This document shows, piece by piece, positions 53,111-62,253 of a DNA stretch of 62,253 nt. This DNA comes from Girardia tigrina (Eukaryota), in NCBI GenBank assembly GCA_001938485.1, contig MQRK01219172.1, positions 6,538-68,790 on the forward strand, read 5' to 3'. The notes below the pieces were generated by a model that was not told the origin of the DNA, ran no database searches, and saw nothing but the letters and a program-made list of their open reading frames with translations. How positions within the stretch are numbered: the stretch's first letter is position 1; each line of letters begins with the position of its first letter. Position numbers and translations under genes: made by a program.

Positions 53111-53429
53111 ATTCATTCATATTATATTTTTCACATCAATGGTTACGACGTTATCGAGAAAATCGGTACGCAAAAATGTATTTAGCAAGAAAGAAAATGT
53201 CTAATAAAACTATCGCTTTGAAATGTTTATTCAAAGAAATCTATGAAAATGTTATTGAAAGAGAATGTTGCCGACCAGGCCAATCAATGATTCCGGCTCG
53301 CCACAGCAGAATACAGTGGGTGGCTCTCTTATGGGTAGGGGGTGCTCTCACACCCCCTACTGTATCAGTACCAAATCACAAACTAAAGAAATTACATTGA
53401 TTATTATTACTGTAAAACATGAATTTAAT

Positions 53430-54400
53430 TTTTTTTCAATATCGGGGTCAAGCCGAAAGCCCGAAAAACTCTTCGGTCTTAAGACCGAGCCCAAATGGGC
53501 TTGAAAGTATCCAGCTTTTCTAAACCCTACCCACGACTGCAGGGCGATGCGCTTGCTCTTCTATCTGCTCCGTTGCAGTCCCTTTCAGGTGAGGGACAGA
53601 GTTCTTCCCTCTACCGGTTTCCCAAATCGGAACCATCACTTTCAAACTTACGTCAAAATTGGCTACTTCATCCGGGTTCTGGGGTTCACGGCTTGCCATG
53701 AATGTAACCATGAAAGAGTTACCCAAACCATGATTTACCATTGGCTCAGAATCTGTATTCTCGGAGTCAGTGCCGGGGTCATGTGAGAACAACTTGTGTC
53801 ACACAATTTCACATTACACAAAGTAAGGGTACCGGAAACCGATACTGATCCCCCACCTCTGCGTGCCATAGCCACCAGGTAGTCAACGTATCTTACCAGC
53901 CAAAGATTCTCCCCGTGAATCGCCGCGGTTCGATAGCAACCGTCTAGAGGGTGTTTTCCAAGAGGTACAAGGTTTTCGAGCCTTCCATTTGTTTCGGCCT
54001 TTCCTAGCCATTGCCAGAGCTCCGTGTTCACTAGCAAGAAAACGGATGGTGGGATTCCTATTGGTTGAGAGTAGTGAGATCAAACTTGTCCAGATCAAAC
54101 TGCTCTATTTTCATTAGCAGCTCCAGCACTGCTGTTCAAAGCGTCCTGAGGACGACGCAGGTGCTGACGCTCTGTATGGAGAGAGGAATTAACTGTTGTC
54201 GTGGTCGCACACTACTTTAATTGGCTGGAAAAGACTGAGGTTGAGGCTGATTATCGTAAAGACGTATTCCTTCGACACCAGATTTGTGGCCTTGATTTAG
54301 TCCTGAGGTAGTAGATTCATTGGTCCTGTCGGCAGGCTTCAGAAGAAGGAAGCTTGAGTGCGATCCGGACTGAGCAGATGGAGACCTAAAAATTGGAAAT
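53430..54400 (-). mobile_element. GC-richer retroelement-like 5' region, possibly the 5' part of the adjacent RTE
   Basis: Composition contrasts with the flanks, and it lies upstream of the RTE RT on the minus strand. No diagnostic domain was recognised. Confidence 0.35.
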
Positions 54401-54648
54401 AGTAGCAAAAAAAATTATCTGACATTTGATTGTTCATCATTGCGTAATTATTTCGGCAAAAAAAAACGATGAGTAAGTGCAGTTATGCGATTACCTCAAC
54501 ATTTGAGCAACAGTTTATGCAATTTCCGATTTAAATTAAAAAAATATGATATTATTATGATATTAGTAGACCGCCTAACGACGATTTGATGAAGTCCGAT
54601 CGATCTTGATGTAATTTGTTTGTTTAGTTCATTTTTCATCCTTATTTA

Positions 54649-55930
54649 TTAGGTTGTTTAAAAAATAATGTCGTTTTTTAACCTTAATCTTTAAAGACAA
54701 ATATCTCAGCGTAGAAGCAACTTTATTAATCGAAATAAAAACCGTTAGCATCAATACACTTTTGCCAACGTTACACAAGTTTATTTATTCCGGTTGCATA
54801 AAACTCTGGCTTTCTGGATACGATGAAATCGTTGAATGCAGTTTTAGCATCCCCTAGATTTTTGAAGTATTTCTCCTGGAGCAAAATGTCAAGATGTTTG
54901 AAAAAAGATTATCAGTAGGCGAAAGGTCAGGTGAGTATGGTAGATAATTCAAAGTTTCGTAGCCATGCTCGTTCAAAAGTTGCATTGTAGGACGTGTGAT
55001 GTGTGGCCGAGCGTTGTCGTGGAGAAGAATAGGCCCCTTCCTATTGACTAATGATGGTTGTTGTTGTTGGAGTTTCTGGTTCATTAATACAATTTCCTGA
55101 CAGTATCACTATGCCGCAATCGTTTAACCGGAATTTAGGAAGCTATGATGAATAAAACCGGCTGCAGACCACCAGACAGTCACCATCGTCATTTTTTGGT
55201 ACAATTTCGGCCTCGGAAAGGTTTGCGGAGCTTGATCGTGGTCCAACCATTGAGAAGAACGTCTCCGATTGTCAAAAGAATCCACTTTTCATCACACGTT
55301 ACAATTTGGTCCAGAAACGGATCATTCTTGTTCCGCAGAAGAAGTGAAGACAATGCCTCAAAACGACGCATTTTTTATTGTCATTTAATTCGCATGGAAT
55401 CAATTTATCCAGTTTTTTCGACTTCCCAATGTCACGCAGATGGTTTGAAATTGTGCCTATCGTGACACCTAGTTCCTCCGCAAGCTCTCGAAGTATTGTG
55501 CGTGGATTTGCTTCTTCTAGAGCCTTCCAATTTTCATTTTCAATAACAGGTTTCCGTCCGCGGCCATCATCATCTTTGAGAGTCTCATCTCCTTCTTGAA
55601 ATTTTTTCAACCAACGTTGTAACATACGTTCGTTTGTGGTTTCCATTGCCCAATGCAGCGTTAATATTACGGATGGCCTCCGATGCTTTGTGGCCATGTT
55701 TGAATTCATATAAAAAATTGCTCGTAAATGTGCTTTTTGCATATTGACAACTATTTAAATAAACACGTTATTTTAAAGTTAATATTTAAACAAAGTATCC
55801 TAGAAATATAGAGTTTTTCATAAGCTTTAAAATTATGTATAAAACATAAATAAATGATAAAGATATATTTCAAAACATGATCAAAAATCAGGACCATTCA
55901 TAAAACGACATTATTTCTTAAACAACCTCA
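54649..55930 (-). mobile_element. mariner (cecropia-like, DD34D), full length but degraded
   Basis: TIRs ttaggttgtttaa..aataatgtcgttt / aaacgacattatttcttaaacaacctca with TA TSDs. Motifs [27 protein letters not shown] and YSPDLSPTD. Confidence 0.94.
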
Positions 55931-57645
55931 TATATTTCATTTCTTTTCGCTAACAAAAATTAAATTTTTTTCCTCCATCTTTATTTAAGTAATATTAAAT
56001 TTTAGAAAACATTTCGTTAATTTACTTTTATGAAATCAGAATGAACATTTTTAAAAATATTTTTAATTAAAAGTAGTTTAATTTATTCACGTTTTCAACA
56101 CTGAAAAATGTTTCTCTGTCTCAAATTTTTGGCACTGATACTGATGCTAAACCGGAGGAAACTCCTTTACCTGCTACTAAAGATTTGTTCCATGAATTCG
56201 CGGCTCCTGAGATTCACTCATCGTGTCCGATTGTCACATCCTTCCCTATCTTTTTAACACCCAGGACTCCTCCAGCAACCATGCCAACTAGTCATTTAGA
56301 ATCTCAAACTGTTACTCCCATTGGAAATCTATCTCCACTAGTCTCTAGTGATAATCTGTAGGATGAGGTGTATTGTGTTATCTAATAATAATCGCGTAGA
56401 CCCGGAGGTCAAATAAAAATAGCAAAAATTTATTACACGATAAATCACTAATAAAAAAATAATTTAAATAACATAATGAAAATATATATATTAGGAGATA
56501 AAATAATGAAATTAACCAGAAAACTTTCAATAAAATACACTAATCTGACTATATGACAGAATGAACGTCCAAACACTTGTAAGGGAATAGAATGTTATTA
56601 TGATAACCGAAAATGTCTATAACGTTTAGATAGAATGATAAAGATAATTGATAATGATAATCTATCGCCAAATTGAAAATAAATAGAACCGAGGTAAAAG
56701 AAAATTGAATCTTGTATCGGAATTGAATGAGAGGTGAAATTGTTGATTCTAATTGGATAATTTTTTAAATCGTGCGGTTCATTAGGCTTCTTATTTCGTA
56801 TGTTATCTTTATTTTTCATTATAACAATTAACAATAGTTTCTTAGAATGATAGTTGGAATATTAGAAGACGTTTACGAATTTTTTATTGATTGGATTGAT
56901 ATCAAGATGAATAGATTTGATTTTTGGAAATAAGATTACCATAAAAAGAATCCGTTGTATAATTAGTATAATGACTAACAAATTTTTAATATTAAAATCC
57001 ACGAATTAATATGATATTTATTTGATATCATAATTCGATAAATAAAAAAGGTATGTATAAATTCTTAATTTGATAAAAATAATAATTTTGTTTTAATAAT
57101 AGATAATTATTCCAACTGGCTTTGGCAATAATATGAATTGTCGTTATTGATACCATGAAAAGGTAATTATTCTTTTTCTATCTTTTCTTTTTCTTTTTAA
57201 ATTTCTTTTGATTGTAAAAATTAACATAATTATTCACCCATATTTTTGGTGGTAATTTCAACAAAATTTTCTGCATCAGATAATGAATTTGAATAAAGTA
57301 TCTCTGGAAAGACTGCTCAATGTATAGTCTTTCATTGAAATTAATTATTTAATAGATAAATATTATTATATAAATATTTTATGATAAAAAAATTTATAAA
57401 GAAAATAAAACTGTGAAAAAACAATATCGAATTACTACAAGGTGTTTCCTCCTTGTAGCACCCATGATTTGTTCCCTGTTTTCTTCGCCCTCATGGGCTG
57501 CAAATCTGGATCGGTTATCACTATCTCATCTGCTCAGTCTACCTTTTTCACCCTCAGAGCTTCTACTGCTACTTTACCTAAAGTCAGTCTGAATTCTCCG
57601 AACGCTACTCCAATCAATAACATTGGGTAACATTTCGAAACACTT

Positions 57646-57972
57646 TCAGAATCTGACTCCAACTTCAGTGGAGCGGAAGCCGTGTCTCCTTATTTTAGAC
57701 TTTCTCATGATCTGCAACTTCTCATCCGTATCGACCTCGTCCTTATTGATTACGCCAGTGGACATGATCCTCATCCGGTCCTTTGGAAGCAGATTATTGA
57801 CGAACCAAATTTGATTTCGTTTTGAGAAATGAAATTCTTCTTCGATCTTGGTCTTCAACTGATATAATGAATTTCTCAGAAATATCTTACTTTCGATCGA
57901 TTTATTCTCAATGACACTCAGATAGTCTTTATCCAAAACAACCGCATAAAATTTTATTTCTGTGTCTCCCAT
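57646..57972 (-). CDS. putative exon encoding a ubiquitin-like domain (HOIL-1/SHARPIN-type); 3' boundary uncertain
   Basis: Acceptor ttcgcag| at 57987, ATG at 57972. SLYQLKTKIEEEFHFSKRNQIWFVNNLLPKDRMRIMSTGV parallels the HOIL-1 UBL pattern [36 protein letters not shown]. Confidence 0.4.
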   Translation of the reverse strand: MGDTEIKFYAVVLDKDYLSVIENKSIESKIFLRNSLYQLKTKIEEEFHFSKRNQIWFVNNLLPKDRMRIMSTGVINKDEVDTDEKLQIMRKSKIRRHGFRSTEVGVRF

Positions 57973-58809
57973 TTTGTGAATCGAATCTGCGAACAAATTG
58001 ACAAACAGGAATTCGTTTAAATTGGGCAGGAAATAACATTCAAATTTTTCGAATTAAACCAGAAATTGAAATATTTGTTCTTTGTAGACAATTTAAATTA
58101 AATTGATATAATTGATTTAAAACGGTTCATAAATTCAAATTCAAAGAAACAAAGACTTTATTTTTTTTGTTTTATCAAAATGCAATTTTTTCCCCTTTTT
58201 TCCTTAATTGTGACAAAATTTACACAACAAATCCATTCACACACATACTCACATTTGGCCAAAAAATAAACAAAGAGATTACGTAATCACATCCTTATGC
58301 AAAATGTCGCGATATTTCAACACGCACACGCATACTCATTTTATTTTCCTTGGTACAAATTATATTTCCCACCACATCAATCTCAACACAATTAACACAC
58401 ACAACATGCACACAATTAATCATTCCATTGGTCAATTTCAATTAAACAATTATTCACTTCTCATAATGACTTATAATGTAAATGAATATCAAATCACAAC
58501 AATTTACCAAATTCTTTTTTACATTATGATCAATATAATCATAATGTAAAAAAGAATTTATTTAATTTTTCATTTTAATTTAATTATATTATTTAATTTA
58601 TTAATTTAATTATATATTTTATTTATATTTTCCTGAACTGAGCAAATGTTCGGTCAAATCGGCAATTTTCCGCTCCATTCAGTATATCAACTCCTGGTCC
58701 CAACACTCGTCAATCTCTTATTTTTAGATTTATCACTAAGTGTGAAAGTAAAGGGAAGTTCTTTGGATACTTCTGTCAAACGGTTGCTTACCGCTGCAAT
58801 GTCCGAGCC

Positions 58810-59151
58810 TCTAGGAACAATATGGTTAAACAGTGTATTTCTGAGATTGCTCAAAACTGTAAATCAACCGAGACTATTGTTCAGAACAATGTGGTTATAC
58901 AAACAACTATCCAAGAAATTACTCTCCAGTCGAAACTATCGTGGCGGAACGCCGTTCCAGTTACTCAGCCTAACTATGGTTGGTCTAGGAACAATATGGT
59001 TAAACAGTGTATTTCTGAGATTGCTCAAAACTGTAAATCAACCGAGACTATTGTTCAGAACAATGTGGTTATACAAACAACTATCCAAGAAATTACTCTC
59101 CAGTCGAAACTATCGTGGCGGAACGCCGTTCCAGTTACTCAGCCTAACTAT
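58810..59151 (+). repeat. perfect 168-bp direct duplication (period 174)
   Basis: 58810-58977 equals 58984-59151, separated by the spacer ggttgg. Confidence 0.95.
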
Positions 59152-61122
59152 ATGAGAATCTTCCCCTTGCTCCGAATATTTCGTGTATTGCAAGCAGAAT
59201 CCCTGATCTCTCTTCTCAACTTGCTTGCCTTCCATTCTCTGGCTCTGATATTGATTGCTTTCTTAGTGCTTTTGTGTGCAATCCGTAATCTATTCCTATC
59301 AGCGCCTAGATTACCTGCACTGCTGTTGTGAACAGGAAGTTCTTCGACGAATTACCATGCAATCTACCGGATCTATTTGCTCCTATTCTTGTCTACGATT
59401 TTCACTGGATCCTTCTTCATGTCTCTTTCCGTTTTTCTTCTGCCTGTTGGTATGATTCCCCTGTGAATGAGTTAACTTACATGTGTGAAGCGCGTTTCAG
59501 CTTCTTCAAGCTAATTTCGGCACTTGATGATTTTGATAACAATCGCCAAATCCAATTAAAGGACTTACCTTTTCATGATTTCAAGGCACAGGGGAATGAT
59601 TTATGTCTGTGCAGTACGGATTTGTTTTCCTGGCTCTAACTTGGACATTTCGACACTGTTGGTTTGGTAAAGTCGTCCATATGTTGGGAAATTGCACTTT
59701 TTCAGATGATATTGGGAATGGTTCTGCTAGCGCTTAACTTCTCCCTTTCCTCTCATTTTCTCACCGACACGTGGATGGTTTTGTTGACGCCTCTATCAAC
59801 TGTAAGGATGTTTTCGTCCCGTAAACTTTATGGAAAACTTTTGTCTGAAAAATCTTACTCATAAAAAGAAAATTTTATTTCCCCTGTTCTTCCGTCTGAC
59901 ACGGTTAATTTGGGTCGCTTGTGATCTAATGTCTAAGACAATCTCAATTTGGGATCCGATTGACCTCCAACAACTATCTTTATATGACTCAAATATTGAT
60001 AAATTCACCCAGTTCTGTTCTAATTTTTGTCTTATCGAGATGGTTTTTTTTCTGATTCTCCGCCTAATATAATAACTTCCTCCAGGTATATTGACAGTGG
60101 TCCACTTATATGTGGATACATGAGAAATATATCGGGTGTCTCTTTTGATAATCGGATTAACATGGACGCTATCTGTACTTTTACTCAAAAGTTTGTTCTG
60201 CGAAATCATCCGTCAAAACCCACTCCTTACTCGAATACTTCTACTCGTTGTGACTCTGTCAGAATTTCACTTGCTCATACACTTATCCGGGATCATTCCA
60301 GCTCTGATCGCAGTACAATATTTTCCGCATTTACTGGGCACATCTACAGCATCCGCTCTGCTAAACTGAGATATTCATATATTGGATCAGCTGAAGTTAA
60401 TGAGAAACGTCTAAATCACGATCAATTGCAGAAACTCTATACATGCAATCCTAAGGCAGCCATAAACTTAATTCAACCAAAAGTTAAAGATACTGAAAAA
60501 CCATCCCGCAGGCTTTTACTGATAAGGTAAATGAACACAACCATGCTACCCTCTTTGTTCCAGACTCCTTTGATTGCCCTATCTCCAGTGGGGCTGAGTT
60601 TGATTTCAGGCCTCCTTCCAGTATTGAAATTGTGAATTATCTTTGAGCGAAGAATAAGTCTTCTCTTGGCCAAAGTAGCACCTCTTACAAAGATATCCTC
60701 TATGCTGACCCTGAAGGGATTATTTGCGTGAAAACCTTTCGTATGATCTTGGAAACCAAGACTGACTGGAAAACCTTTAGCACTCTTATGATAAAAAAAG
60801 CTGATAAGAAGGGTGAAAACCATCTCCCTACCTGGCGGGGAATTGCACTCCAGGAATGTTTGTATAAGTTTTTTCAACTCTCCTCTGCTGGCAGCTTAAA
60901 GATTGGACACGAGAGAACAACCTGTTCCACCTTCTTTAGAAAAGTCTTGGTCTGGGGGATGGTTGTACTGATCACACTTTTCTTCTTCGTGCAATCATCG
61001 ATTATTATGCGAATGGTATGAAAACTGAGCTTCATCTTTCTTTCATGGACGTTGCGGCGGCTTTTGATACTATTTCTGTTGAATATATCCTTTTCGTCCT
61101 TGACAAAATGGACCTTCATCTC

Positions 61123-61617
61123 TGTGAGGAATATTTTAAATTGTTTGAATGTGAAATGCATTGATGTTGTATGTTGATTTAAGTATGTTGAATTTAGAAT
61201 GGTGAATCTCCCACCCAGATGGAAATTGGTATTTTTTATTTAAATTTAAAGTGATTGAAATTTGAAATAATCATTTTATAAGTTCATATTTTTTTAATTT
61301 AACAAATAAAATTAAGTTTAATATTTTTTAGTAAAATTTAAATAAAATGTTTTTTAATAATTTTGATTTGATGACATTTTTATTATTTTGGGATTTATTG
61401 AGAAATGGTAAAAATTATTATTTTTAATTAATAATTTTTATAAGTTAAATATTTTAAAAAATGACTTAAAAATCGTTCGAATAATTATGATTAAAAATAG
61501 AAATAAGAAAACCAATTAGAATGATGACAAACGATGAAAGACTTTCTCAGAGTCATAATGACTCTAAACGTCATTGTAATAAAAATTCAAACGAGACTTG
61601 TCCAAATGTCCTTAATA
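61123..61617 (+). mobile_element. solo LTR inserted in the LINE RT
   Basis: 5-bp TSD ATCTC. tgtgaggaat...ccttaata; homologous to 20452-20940. Confidence 0.92.
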
Positions 61618-62253
61618 ATCTCAACTCTATTGAAGTCATTCAGGAATTGTATCGCAAATGTCACACTACAATCTTCTGTGAAGGTCAAAGTACTAACCGT
61701 CTTGTAGTGAATATTAGTGTTCGGCAGGGCTACCTCCTTTTGTTGGGTATTCAATTAAAATCTCGTTTTATTTTTATTTTATAATCAACTACTAATCTGA
61801 CTCCAAATAAACAAAAGGTTTCTTCCAACAATAATATATGAAGAATGAACAAGACCTTTTAATAATAATTTATTCNNNNNNNNNNNNNNNNNNNNNNNNN
61901 NNNNNNNNNNNNNNNNNNNNNNNNNNNNNNNNNNNNNNNNNNNNCCGATCAAACAGTTACAACAACTTTTTAGTTCGAGCGATGCTAAACTATTTATTTT
62001 TAAAACTTAACTTCTCCTTTACAGGATACTGATATTTTCGTAATGTTTCAATTTTAATTTATAACCCTAACTTTTCTCCTTTACAGGATACTTATATTTA
62101 AAAAAGTATTATATTATTATTATTATTATATTATCCCTATATTAAAAATCAAAATTACCGTACATTCAGGCTTTTAAATTTTCTTTGAGTAATAATTTGT
62201 GTGAGATATGACTGAAATAACTATTGCTTATATACTAAATTTTCCTAACCTTG

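Larger units (their letters stand above)
58640..61745 (+). mobile_element. NeSL/R2-type non-LTR retrotransposon relic with Ulp1-like domains and RT; 3'-truncated
   Basis: QLQKLYTCNPKAAI, TWRGIALQECLYK, DGCTDH, FMDVAAAFDTI and VRQG motifs. The RT frame rejoins across the solo LTR. Confidence 0.82.

Noticed and set aside
54540-54585. Minus-strand GTCGTTAGGCGGTCT resembling the start of the planarian spliced leader as I recall it
   Set aside because: No terminal ATG, splice donor or correctly placed Sm site. The following CTAA|T fits a Helitron-like 3' end equally well.
56080-56400. Pro/Ser/Thr-rich fragment, possibly a LINE 5' piece
   Set aside because: Too short and degraded to assign.
56800-57175. 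Exon-like segments with AG/GT boundaries on the plus strand
   Set aside because: All frames contain stops and no protein similarity was recognised.

Overview
AT-rich eukaryotic (animal) genomic DNA with assembly gaps. A planarian flatworm is the likely source, inferred from the AT content, 40-60 nt introns and TE spectrum. One complete host gene can be assembled: a six-exon SoxD HMG-box transcription factor (41615-44675, +, ~502 aa). Two partial host-gene candidates lie on the minus strand: three 5' exons of a Mad/Mxi/Mnt-like gene with a Sin3-interaction motif (308-726), and an exon encoding a HOIL-1/SHARPIN-like ubiquitin-like domain (~57646-57972). The rest is a dense, nested graveyard of degraded TEs: mariner and other Tc1/mariner types (DD34D, DD34E, DD37E, DD38D, pogo), hAT, MULE-like, piggyBac-like MITEs, Ty3/gypsy elements and solo LTRs, and RTE, Penelope and NeSL/R2-type non-LTR elements. 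The most unusual observations are an R2/NeSL-type retroelement that appears to carry two tandem Ulp1-like protease domains, an RTE LINE ending in three C2H2 fingers, a mariner whose interior is replaced by ~1.1 kb of gene-like cargo, and a motif conserved across five divergent LTRs. No prokaryotic-type system or CRISPR array was seen.
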